64,000 nt of DNA, taken from sequence record ON286972.1, one strand, 5' to 3'. Below the pieces are notes generated by a model, which saw only the letters and a list, made by a program, of their open reading frames with translations, was not told the DNA's origin and did no database searches. Each line of letters starts with the position of its first letter. The first letter of the stretch is position 1. Of the stretch, positions 18,971 through 27,269 are shown piece after piece. Position numbers and translations under genes: made by a program.

Positions 18971-19446
18971 ATATCTAACATGTTTAATTTGCCGTCCTTA
19001 ATAAGCTTCCTAGCCTGTTTTACACGAGCAGTAGTGTTGCTACCAGGGACAACTCCTAACCCTTCCAGAATCGCGTTTTGCTGCGTTGCTGGGAGCCTTT
19101 TAAACTTATTAACATCCACAGTTAATGCCGTGTGATGAATCACTTGCTCTTCTGGTGGAATATTATTGTTCTTTTCAAGATAATCTGCCAGATTTCTTAG
19201 TACTTCATGAAGAGGTTTATCAGTTAAATGACGCAAGTATCGATTGAAAGAGTTCTGCACCTTACCTTCCCATGCGTTAACCTCATTTTGTAGAACTTCT
19301 CTACAATGCTGGTTTTCGAAGTGATAGTGGTCGAGTACTGGTTTCTTAATCGGTTCCTTGATTATAGGATCAATACCTTTTTGCTTTTTTAATAATTCAT
19401 TTCTGTACGTAGCAGCTTCCTTACTATCTTTAAGTCTTCGTTTCAT
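18955..19446 (-). CDS. gp49: Recombination endonuclease VII-like (Holliday junction resolvase)
   Basis: LDHYH...VNAWEGK matches T4 Endo VII LDHDH...CNAAEGQ; LRNLADYL helix. Confidence 0.75.
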   Translation of the reverse strand: MKRRLKDSKEAATYRNELLKKQKGIDPIIKEPIKKPVLDHYHFENQHCREVLQNEVNAWEGKVQNSFNRYLRHLTDKPLHEVLRNLADYLEKNNNIPPEEQVIHHTALTVDVNKFKRLPATQQNAILEGLGVVPGSNTTARVKQARKLIKDGKLNMLDIKKGS

Positions 19447-19478
19447 AATGTGCCTTAGATCTAAGTTAGTTTATGAAA

Positions 19479-19486
19479 TATTTATG
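19479..19486 (-). promoter_or_regulatory. Late promoter (CATAAATA) for endonuclease VII
   Basis: Lies inside a TTTATGAAATA x2 direct repeat, 33 nt upstream of the start. Confidence 0.5.
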
Positions 19487-19542
19487 AAATACATTCCTAA
19501 GAAATTTTTAAGTACTTTTTTTATAAAAAAGATTAGATATTT

Positions 19543-19571
19543 TGAGACACTTTTAAATTGCGTGCTATAAT
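19543..19571 (+). promoter_or_regulatory. Phage-class promoter TGAGACA-N16-TATAAT pointing into the non-coding island
   Basis: Motif and spacing identical to the other members; GTGC extended -10. Confidence 0.75.
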
Positions 19572-19577
19572 GTTTCA

Positions 19578-20063
19578 TGTAGTACTGACAATCCTGTTGA
19601 ATGCAGAAATGCATATAAATTAGAACCTAATCCACTCGAAAATGTAGAGGGTAGATGAGCAGTTCAACAGTGCGATGAGCAAAAGAAACCCGTTAGATGT
19701 GGGCATATTATGAACCCCTCACGGCGACACGGCTCAATAAAGAACTCCGATAAGCATACAGAGAGTTCCTCGATAGTTCCTCGATAGATGTATAAGGATC
19801 GCACCTTACCAGATTTGCTAAGGGAGTTTGATGATTCATTTCATTAAACAGCCTGAAGTTTGATTGTATAGACTTTCAGGTGAGTGTCAGGATGTTTAAG
19901 ACTGACGACCGTTGCACATGACTGCGATAGAGAGAAACAGAGCAACCCGCTTTCGTTCTTAATATTTTTACAATATAATTACGTTTAAATTTTAAGAAAT
20001 TCGCAATACAATAATACCGATGCCATCAGCGTCAAGAAACAGAGACTTAATTGTCTCTTTTTT
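19578..20063 (+). ncRNA. Candidate structured non-coding RNA (~480 nt)
   Basis: Promoter upstream, terminator downstream, no ORF of 60 aa or more, several nested stems (see findings). Family not recognised. Confidence 0.45.
20041..20063 (+). terminator. Intrinsic terminator
   Basis: AGAGAC-TTAATT-GTCTCT then TTTTT. Confidence 0.75.
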
Positions 20064-20160
20064 ATTATCTTCATTCCCCTGCGGGGGGATGAAATATCCT
20101 CAACAAATCCCGTCAAGTATTAAATCATTTAAAGTTCTTTATAATTATATTAAAATGAAT

Positions 20161-20220
20161 ATGAGTTAACGTAGTTAACGAATATTCTTCAGCTAACGAA
20201 TGAAATGAGTTAGATGAGTT
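20161..20220. repeat. Short repeat/palindrome cluster in an AT-rich tract
   Basis: ATGAGTT x3 (20161, 20205, 20214), GTTAACG x2, TAACGAA x2, GAATATTC palindrome. Confidence 0.6.
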
Positions 20221-20300
20221 CAATATAAATCAAATGAATTCCTTCAAGAATAAATCTTTTAAGATCATAATTTCTTTCATCTACTTTGTAAGTAAAAATC

Positions 20301-20341
20301 CAAAAAACAAAAACAAAAAAAAACCAGCAACAATGTGCTGG
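20301..20341 (-). terminator. Intrinsic terminator after the gp26/gp51-like unit
   Basis: CCAGCA-CATTGT-TGCTGG followed by a long T run on the minus strand. Confidence 0.85.
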
Positions 20342-20354
20342 CTTCTTATGAGTA

Positions 20355-20570
20355 TTAGTGCTTCTCGTTCATCTTCTTTACTTTCTTATTGTATGCCTTA
20401 ATAAGCATATCTCTGTCATTTACTGGCATATTAAGTAGAGTTGCATAATCGACATTATCTACATAAACAGCAGCATCCATAAGGGCATTTTTAATATCTG
20501 ATTTATTCAACTCCATATCATCCAGAAGTTCTTTTATTTCTTCTGGGTTTGAGAAGAGAAGCTGAGATCG
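20355..20570 (-). CDS. gp51-like baseplate hub assembly chaperone segment in the -1 frame of the gp26-like gene (not in the ORF track)
   Basis: Frame is open 20585-20355: ...FFRSQLLFSNPEEIKELLDDMELNKSDIKNALMDAAVYVDNVDYATLLNMPVNDRDMLIKAYNKKVKKMNEKH*. First ATG is only at 20516. TTTTTTC slippery site at 20576-20570. Confidence 0.7.
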   Translation of the reverse strand, partial: RSQLLFSNPEEIKELLDDMELNKSDIKNALMDAAVYVDNVDYATLLNMPVNDRDMLIKAYNKKVKKMNEKH

Positions 20571-21421
20571 AAAAAATGAGTAGGGTCATACTTTAATCCA
20601 GTAAGTTCCCATTGATGCTGACATTCAATACATTCAACTTCCATTGTATGCGATACACCAATCTCTAGTACTTCATCCATTTTCTCTCTGATTTGCTTGA
20701 TCACTTCTTTTGATTGAGTACCTAACCATTCACTTATGAATTTCTTATCTGATACTTCATCACCATCAGGAGTAATTACTTTATCAATAACTCCAGCAAT
20801 CATATCAAAGTTTAGTTGTGCCATGTTTTCAAATACTTCAGAAAACATTTTAATTTTATCATCTTCTGAAATATCAATAGTACTCTCAAGATACTTAGTT
20901 TTTTGTTGTTCAGCTAACATACGTTGAGAAAACTCTGAATATTCTTTCCAAGTAAGTGGTCTGAACTGAAGAGACAAACCATTATTAAGATCAATACTAG
21001 GAATTTCAGTAAAAGATTCTGCCGTTTCCAATAGATAAGAAAGATCACGTTCAAAACGGCCTTCTTTGGAACATGATGGACATACGACATTGACATCATA
21101 ACTGGTTTCTTTGGATGCTAACTTGATAGCAATAAGAATTTGCTCAACATCATTGACAAAAAGCTCATCTGCGTTTAGAATGTTTGGTACACAGTTTTCG
21201 ATAACAGATGACACTGCACTACCATTGAGTAACATATCAGGTGTATTGAGCATCATTTCGTCACGAGCACTACGAGCACAGACACCACATTTAATGCCTT
21301 TGCTCCCCAATACACCATCTTTGTACTGGAAAATGTTGTTAGTGACGAGTTTAGTACTAATTTCTTCGATTTTTGTGTATTTTGCTAACGGGTTCATTGA
21401 CATAATACTTTCTCCATGCAA
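20534..21421 (-). CDS. Baseplate hub assembly protein (gp26-like)
   Basis: ARDEMMLNTPDMLLNGSAV...IENC.P; D.EQILIAIKLAS; CPSC and CIEC; LQFRPLT; ends YDPTHFF. Confidence 0.75.
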   Translation of the reverse strand: MHGESIMSMNPLAKYTKIEEISTKLVTNNIFQYKDGVLGSKGIKCGVCARSARDEMMLNTPDMLLNGSAVSSVIENCVPNILNADELFVNDVEQILIAIKLASKETSYDVNVVCPSCSKEGRFERDLSYLLETAESFTEIPSIDLNNGLSLQFRPLTWKEYSEFSQRMLAEQQKTKYLESTIDISEDDKIKMFSEVFENMAQLNFDMIAGVIDKVITPDGDEVSDKKFISEWLGTQSKEVIKQIREKMDEVLEIGVSHTMEVECIECQHQWELTGLKYDPTHFFDLSFSSQTQKK

Positions 21422-21433
21422 TAATTATGAAAG

Positions 21434-21441
21434 TATTTATG
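21434..21441 (-). promoter_or_regulatory. Late promoter (CATAAATA) for the gp26-like gene
   Basis: Immediately upstream of the ORF. Confidence 0.55.
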
Positions 21442-21480
21442 TATGTTCAAAACTTCAAAATCACCCAAGAGGAATATTTT

Positions 21481-21969
21481 ATGATAAAGACAACAATCAA
21501 ACGTTTGTTCCAAGCCTTTGGTATCTTTATGGTTGTTATGTTAGTAATCGGTATGATTGTTCCGAAAAGCGAAACATCCACAACTAAAGAATCAGAGTAC
21601 AAAGAGCAGTTAACTAAACGTGAATTACCAACACAAATTGTTAGCTACAAAGGTAAACTGTATAACGAAGATCCTAACGAGGAACATTTAAAATGGACAT
21701 TCATCCAATTCACTGTTAACGGTGATGAAGTACTGATGGGTCAGACATATGAATCATGGAGTTATATTGGAAGTACTGCATCTGGATATGATGTTTATTA
21801 CAACATTAACGACTTCACTTATACTGTCGGCGGTGTTCAAAAGACAGTAAAACTTGAAGGTACATTGTATGTTAATAGAGAAACAAACTCTATCATATTC
21901 AGTAATAAAAATGTTAGTGACGGTTCACCAAAACGAACCTATAGTGCAGTACTGGAACCACGATACTAA
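21481..21969 (+). CDS. Hypothetical membrane-anchored/exported protein
   Basis: Start reassigned to ATG 21481 (GAGGA SD); basic N-terminus then hydrophobic FGIFMVVMLVIGMIV. Confidence 0.75.
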   Translation: MIKTTIKRLFQAFGIFMVVMLVIGMIVPKSETSTTKESEYKEQLTKRELPTQIVSYKGKLYNEDPNEEHLKWTFIQFTVNGDEVLMGQTYESWSYIGSTASGYDVYYNINDFTYTVGGVQKTVKLEGTLYVNRETNSIIFSNKNVSDGSPKRTYSAVLEPRY

Positions 21970-21986
21970 AATAATTAAATAAAATC

Positions 21987-22024
21987 AAAGCCCATATGGT
22001 TAATATCCATGTGGGCTTTTTTTA
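21987..22024 (+). terminator. Intrinsic terminator
   Basis: AAAGCCCATATGG-TTAATAT-CCATGTGGGCTTT plus T run. Confidence 0.9.
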
Positions 22025-22036
22025 TACATTGCATTT

Positions 22037-22044
22037 CATAAATA
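22037..22044 (+). promoter_or_regulatory. Late promoter (CATAAATA)
   Basis: Upstream of the tape-measure-like/portal operon. Confidence 0.6.
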
Positions 22045-22076
22045 TTCCTATATAAACTTAATGTAGGAATTATTAT

Positions 22077-24248
22077 ATGGCTGTAAACAACAGTGATTAC
22101 TTACTACAACAGATAGTGAATAAATCTAATGATACCGTAGATGGTCTTTCAGCTATACGTGAATTGTTAGCAGAAAGTTTAAAGAATGATAAAAAGAAAA
22201 ATAATGGTGGTGGTAACCCATCACCTGGCGATTCATCTGGACCAAGTGGTGGTGGACGCGGTTCTCGTGGTAATTCATCCTCTATGGGTAAAATGTTCAG
22301 AGCAATGTCCAGCGAAATGACAAACGTTGGTAAAACAATGATGAGTACTTCAGCGAATGTCAGTACTGTCATTAACTCAATGGGTATGAGTGCATCATCC
22401 GTAGCTGGCTCTCTTTCTATGATCCCTGGTCCTGTAGGAATGGCAGCATCAGCATTTAAAATGGTTGCTGATGTAGGGATGGCAGTATATAACGTAATGA
22501 ACGCCCAGCTTGAAATGTACAACAGAGTCAACAGTGCGGGTGTTTCTCTTGCTGAAGGTTATGGCTCTTTGCTAAAAGGTTCAGGTTCAGCGTTAATGTC
22601 TATGGATCTATTCAGTGAAGTAATATCAACTCATAGTGATGTTATTGCACAATTGGATGGTTCGTATGGAGATGGCGTTAAGGAATTTGGTAAATTGTTA
22701 GGTGTAGTTCAAAATGCCCAAGATAAACTTGGCCTATATGGTATGTCACAAAAAACTTTATCAGATTTAGCAGCACGTAACATCAAAATTCAAAAACAAT
22801 TTGGTGGTGCAGAACTAGTAAGGAATATAAACCAAGCACAAAGTACCCAAGAGTTAATTAAAACTATGTCTACTTTTAGTAAGACAATGGGTATGTCAAT
22901 TGATGAATTACTTAAAAAGACACAATCACTTGATAAATCATTTGATGCAAGAATACTAAAAACTACACTAAACAACTGGGTGGGACTATCAGAAGAAACC
23001 GCAACATTAACCACTAAAGCACTTACCGAAGCGGCAGGTGGTATGGGGGATATGGGTACTGATTTCCTAAGATTGATTAGCCACAGAATATCAATTGGTG
23101 GTGTTCCTGATGATTTATTATCTCCAATGATTAGCGAATTCGCTGACCTTGGTGAGAACATGGTTAAGTCTGGTGTAACCGATGCAAAAGCTATACGTGA
23201 AGCACAATATCAGTGGGTGAAGAAAAACAGAAAACGCGTTGAAGCAGATATGGAAGATATGCAACGAAGTCAAAACTTCACCGCTGCCGCATTTGCTAAG
23301 CAAATGTTAGATATGGAAGCTGCAATTAATGCTGACAAAAATCGACCAGCAGATAAAATCGCAGAATTTACTGATAGATTGAACAGATGGGTCAGTACTG
23401 AATTTGTTGCTCCATTCAATAAAATGTATGCTGATGTTCAAAATAATGTTGTTGATTATTTGACAGCAATTGCAGATCGTACCGATAGTGCATGGGGATT
23501 TATTTGGGAATTGGCTAAAGATGGATTTGGGTTAGTTCCAATATTCAAGGATGCGGTTTCTTATGTTGACCGTATTGGTAACGAATTTGTATTATGGCTT
23601 GAGGGATTGGGTTCTGACATATTTGGGGACACATATACTCAAGTTTCAAAAGCATTCGATGACTTCATGAAGAATCTCATGGATTTACCTGGAAAGTTAT
23701 GGGATAAAGTAAAAGGATGGTTTGGTTCAGATGATAAATCTGAAAAACAAGAAGAACCTAAAAAGAAAATAGAAGAGAAAGCTACATCTTTCTGGGATTC
23801 TATTGGTAATTCAGTAGACGATTTCACAAAATTTGTAGAAGAAAAAACACTTGACTTCCAAAAATGGAAATCTTCTAAATTATATACACCACCTAGACCA
23901 TTTAACGTAGATAATGCATATCGAGTCTTGGGCTATGAACCACCTAAAAACGTCCAGACTACAGTAATGCCAAATACACCACCTATGATGGAATTAACTC
24001 GTAAACATTATGATAAATCCGCATGGAAACCTGGTGAAGCACCATTCCCACCAGAACCAGATCGTGATATAAAATCTCTGGTAACGCCTCAAAACGGAAC
24101 TATAAATAATGACATGAGTTCAGAAGAGATCAAAGAAATTTTTAAACGTCTAGCAGAAATGAGTGAACAATCACTCGCAGCAACAAATCAGACAAATAAT
24201 TACTTAAGAACAATTTCTGAAAATACACAAGGTGAACGCAATAGTTAA
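22077..24248 (+). CDS. Tape-measure-like/baseplate hub protein (putative)
   Basis: 723 aa; A/G/S/M-rich helical composition; divergent from gp26-like as T4 gp29 is; late promoter. Confidence 0.5.
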   Translation: MAVNNSDYLLQQIVNKSNDTVDGLSAIRELLAESLKNDKKKNNGGGNPSPGDSSGPSGGGRGSRGNSSSMGKMFRAMSSEMTNVGKTMMSTSANVSTVINSMGMSASSVAGSLSMIPGPVGMAASAFKMVADVGMAVYNVMNAQLEMYNRVNSAGVSLAEGYGSLLKGSGSALMSMDLFSEVISTHSDVIAQLDGSYGDGVKEFGKLLGVVQNAQDKLGLYGMSQKTLSDLAARNIKIQKQFGGAELVRNINQAQSTQELIKTMSTFSKTMGMSIDELLKKTQSLDKSFDARILKTTLNNWVGLSEETATLTTKALTEAAGGMGDMGTDFLRLISHRISIGGVPDDLLSPMISEFADLGENMVKSGVTDAKAIREAQYQWVKKNRKRVEADMEDMQRSQNFTAAAFAKQMLDMEAAINADKNRPADKIAEFTDRLNRWVSTEFVAPFNKMYADVQNNVVDYLTAIADRTDSAWGFIWELAKDGFGLVPIFKDAVSYVDRIGNEFVLWLEGLGSDIFGDTYTQVSKAFDDFMKNLMDLPGKLWDKVKGWFGSDDKSEKQEEPKKKIEEKATSFWDSIGNSVDDFTKFVEEKTLDFQKWKSSKLYTPPRPFNVDNAYRVLGYEPPKNVQTTVMPNTPPMMELTRKHYDKSAWKPGEAPFPPEPDRDIKSLVTPQNGTINNDMSSEEIKEIFKRLAEMSEQSLAATNQTNNYLRTISENTQGERNS

Positions 24249-24263
24249 AGGATTAATAATATA

Positions 24264-25991
24264 ATGAGTTGGAAACGTCACATGACTATGGGAAGATCAA
24301 AATTATCGATCGTACCCCAGCAATCCAATAGTAATAAATCCCCTGGGAGCAAAACTAATTTTGCTTCCTACCTTCCGGTGGTTTATAACGGATTGGCAAA
24401 CCGTACTGACCGTTACAGTCAATACGACCAGATGGATCAAGACCCAGAAATCAGAACGGCACTAAACATTATTGCTGACTTTTGTACACAGAGTACTGAA
24501 GATTTTGGTCTACCATATAAAATTAAATATAAAGATAATATTGGTGATACGGAAGTAACCACTATTGAAGACCGCTTAGATGCATGGACTGAACAGAATG
24601 ATTTCAAAACAAGAATGTATGAAATTGTTCGCGGACTACTTAAGTACGGTGACCAGTTCTTTATTCGTGACCCAGAAACATTCGACTGGTATTGGGTTAA
24701 CCCAAAAAATGTCGAACAGGTTTTTGTTAACGAAGCAACCGGAAAAACACCAGTAATATACTATATAAGAGATGTATCTCTTAACCTTAAAGATAAAGTT
24801 TTTAGTAACCTTCAAATTGGTTTTGATAAAGCTTCATATCCAGGGGCAATACCGAACACACTAGGTGGTGGTGGTCAAGTTGCCGCAGGTGGTGCATCTG
24901 GTTTTACCAACCAAGGTAATAGTTCCGATCCATTTAATACAAATGGTCGTATGGATATTATACCAGTTGGTGCAGAACACGTAATTCATCTGTCACTAAA
25001 TACAGGACAAGATGGAGTTTGGCCTTTCGGTACAAGTATACTAGAAGATGTCTTTAAAGTCTACAAACAAAAAGAACTTNNNNNNNNNNNNNNNNNNNNN
25101 NNNNNNNNACAACGTGCACCAGAACGCCGCGTATTCAAAATTGATGTTGGTGATATGCAAACTAACCAAGCAATGGCATATGTTGAACGCTTTAAAAATG
25201 AAATCCATCAAAGACGTATACCTTCTAATAAAGGTGGCAGTACTTCATTGATGGATGCAGCATACAACCCACTAAGTATATTGGAAGACTATTTCTTCCC
25301 ACAAACTTCCGAAGGTCGTGGTTCAGATGTTCAAACACTACCTGGTGGTGATAACTTAGGTCAGATTGATGACTTGAGATATTTTAATAATAAACTAATT
25401 CGTGGCTTACAAATCCCAGCATCTTACCTTCCACAAGGTCCAGATGACGGCGGCGTATCACTATTTGGTGATGGTGCAACTCAAGCAATGGCAAGTGAAT
25501 TACGTTTTAATAACCAATGTATGCGTTATCAGCGTCTAGTTGCAAAAATTTTCGATGCCGAATTTAAGCGTTTTATGGTAAAAAATGGATATAACATTAG
25601 TACTTCTTCTTTTGAAGTTATTATGAATCCACCAATTAACTTGGCTTCTTATCGTAAAGCAGAATTGGATGCGAAACTCATTAATACATATATGCCACTT
25701 AATGAATTACCATATATGGCGAAACAAACTATCCTTGAAAAAATGGGCTTCTCCCAGAAAGATATTGTTAAAAATGAACAGCTATGGTTACAAGAGAATC
25801 CACAAGATTCTAATGCACCACAACAAGAAGATGTTGCTGGATTACAGTCAGTTGGTATCGACTCTCCTAATGACCCAGGTATGGACCTAGGATTAGATGC
25901 AGATGGTAATCTGGAAAGTGCTGACGCTGAATACCAAAATCAGCAAGGAAATGGCTCTTTTGACCCTAATAATTTAGGTGAATCTTTTTAA
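24264..25991 (+). CDS. gp20: Portal protein
   Basis: YDQMDQDPEIRTAL; QRAPERRVFKIDVG; LEDYFFP..EGRGSDVQTLPGGDNLGQIDDLRYF. Confidence 0.95.
   Translation: MSWKRHMTMGRSKLSIVPQQSNSNKSPGSKTNFASYLPVVYNGLANRTDRYSQYDQMDQDPEIRTALNIIADFCTQSTEDFGLPYKIKYKDNIGDTEVTTIEDRLDAWTEQNDFKTRMYEIVRGLLKYGDQFFIRDPETFDWYWVNPKNVEQVFVNEATGKTPVIYYIRDVSLNLKDKVFSNLQIGFDKASYPGAIPNTLGGGGQVAAGGASGFTNQGNSSDPFNTNGRMDIIPVGAEHVIHLSLNTGQDGVWPFGTSILEDVFKVYKQKELXXXXXXXXXXQRAPERRVFKIDVGDMQTNQAMAYVERFKNEIHQRRIPSNKGGSTSLMDAAYNPLSILEDYFFPQTSEGRGSDVQTLPGGDNLGQIDDLRYFNNKLIRGLQIPASYLPQGPDDGGVSLFGDGATQAMASELRFNNQCMRYQRLVAKIFDAEFKRFMVKNGYNISTSSFEVIMNPPINLASYRKAELDAKLINTYMPLNELPYMAKQTILEKMGFSQKDIVKNEQLWLQENPQDSNAPQQEDVAGLQSVGIDSPNDPGMDLGLDADGNLESADAEYQNQQGNGSFDPNNLGESF
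25080..25108. other. Assembly gap (29 N) inside the portal gene
   Basis: 29 N plus 1 nt equals 10 codons, the length expected between KEL and QRAPERR in T4-like portals. Confidence 0.95.
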
Positions 25992-26061
25992 TAATAAATA
26001 ACAATGTATATAAATGAAGGGAACGTAAAAAATTCCCTTCATATTAATGCAAGGAGATAGC

Positions 26062-26292
26062 ATGTTAAAGGATATCTTTGAATCGAATTCTGATTCTATG
26101 TACGACCCTGAAGATGATCAGACCGTATATAAAATTACGGATTCTAGAAAACCCAAACTCACATTGCAAGTACTTAACAATCTGCGTAAGTACAGAGAAT
26201 TTAAAGCAAATGAAGAACAGCGTAGAAATAATGTAGTCGCTGTTGTTTATGCTCCAGCACCAGCACCTGATGCTAATGCCGGAATGATGTAA
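26062..26292 (+). CDS. Small head-morphogenesis protein (hypothetical)
   Basis: Likely start ATG 26062 (GGAG SD); RKPKLTLQVLNNLRKYRE; lies between portal and core genes. Confidence 0.7.
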   Translation: MLKDIFESNSDSMYDPEDDQTVYKITDSRKPKLTLQVLNNLRKYREFKANEEQRRNNVVAVVYAPAPAPDANAGMM

Positions 26293-26310
26293 TACCTTAA
26301 AAATCGCTCT

Positions 26311-26363
26311 TTTTAAAGCTTTTAAAAATGACGAATTTTTTCAGTACTAAATAATATCATACT
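26311..26363 (+). repeat. 53-nt late-promoter module, copy A
   Basis: Near-identical to 29081-29133. Confidence 0.75.
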
Positions 26364-26396
26364 TTATAGGAATTAAATATATCTTTGGAGGATATA

Positions 26397-27239
26397 ATGG
26401 CTAATTTAAAACTACTACAAGAAGCAATCGAAGCTTTTGCTAACGGCGAGCAAGATGTAGCTGATAAAAAAATGCGTAAGTACTTTGTTGAACAAGCACA
26501 AGAAATTAACAAAGAACTAGAAGAAAGCATGGACGACGAAGAATGCTGCGATGAAGACGACAAAGAAGAGAAACTAGAAGAAGACTTCGACGTTTCCCCA
26601 GATGCTGGTCTTAATAGTCAAATCGAATATTCTCTTGGTGAAGAAGACAAGAGTGCTGAAGATGATATCGAATTCCAAGCTGGTGAAGAAGATTCTGAAG
26701 GTGAAGTTGGTGCAGAAGGTGAAGAAGTCCCTTCCGAAGACCAATGGGCGTCCATTCAAGATGCTTTCCGTGGCCTACAACAAATGTTTGATGAAATCTC
26801 CGGCGAAGGTGAAGTTGACCTAGACGCTGAAGAACCAGTAGGTGGCGAAGAAGAAGTTGATCTAGAAGTTGGTTCCGAAGACGGCGGTGATGATTTCGCT
26901 GATGTTCAATTCGGTGATGAAAAAGTTGGTGAGTCTTTCAAACTAAAAGCAGTTGCTGATGTTGATAAGAAAGAAAAAGCTGGTGCAAATACTAAATCCC
27001 CAGTTGCTTCCCAAGCTAAATCTCCAGTACAAGGCGTAGCTCCAGTAAAAATCGCTAAAAACTCAACTCCAGTAGTTGATGACAAATTTGATGGCGTAGA
27101 TACTGAATCTCACACCGTACCAGAAGATATGAATAATGTTATGGATAGCGGCAAAGGCGTAATGAAAGACGTTAAGAAAGTAACCACTGGTTCTTCTAAG
27201 TCTCGTTCCCCACTACCAAAATCACAACCAAAATTCTAA
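26397..27239 (+). CDS. Acidic prohead core/scaffold protein
   Basis: Start ATG 26397 (GGAGG SD); very E/D-rich N-half, K-rich C-half; multiple LxE sites; position matches T4 gp67/68. Confidence 0.7.
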   Translation: MANLKLLQEAIEAFANGEQDVADKKMRKYFVEQAQEINKELEESMDDEECCDEDDKEEKLEEDFDVSPDAGLNSQIEYSLGEEDKSAEDDIEFQAGEEDSEGEVGAEGEEVPSEDQWASIQDAFRGLQQMFDEISGEGEVDLDAEEPVGGEEEVDLEVGSEDGGDDFADVQFGDEKVGESFKLKAVADVDKKEKAGANTKSPVASQAKSPVQGVAPVKIAKNSTPVVDDKFDGVDTESHTVPEDMNNVMDSGKGVMKDVKKVTTGSSKSRSPLPKSQPKF

Positions 27240-27269
27240 TAATAAATAAAACAAAGAAAGGAGATCATT

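Noticed and set aside
19578-20220. Mini-CRISPR array, tRNA, tmRNA, hammerhead or group I intron in the non-coding island
   Set aside because: No regularly spaced repeats with unique spacers, no cloverleaf or T-loop, no CUGAUGA/GAAA core and no recognisable P7. Kept only as an unassigned ncRNA or origin candidate.
22097-23161. Antisense ORFs of 144 and 123 aa
   Set aside because: Shadow frames opposite the tape-measure-like gene, caused by codon bias.
25080-25108. N run as a possible hidden intron or insertion in the portal gene
   Set aside because: The gap restores exactly the 10 codons expected, so nothing supports extra sequence. The true gap size cannot be proven without reads.
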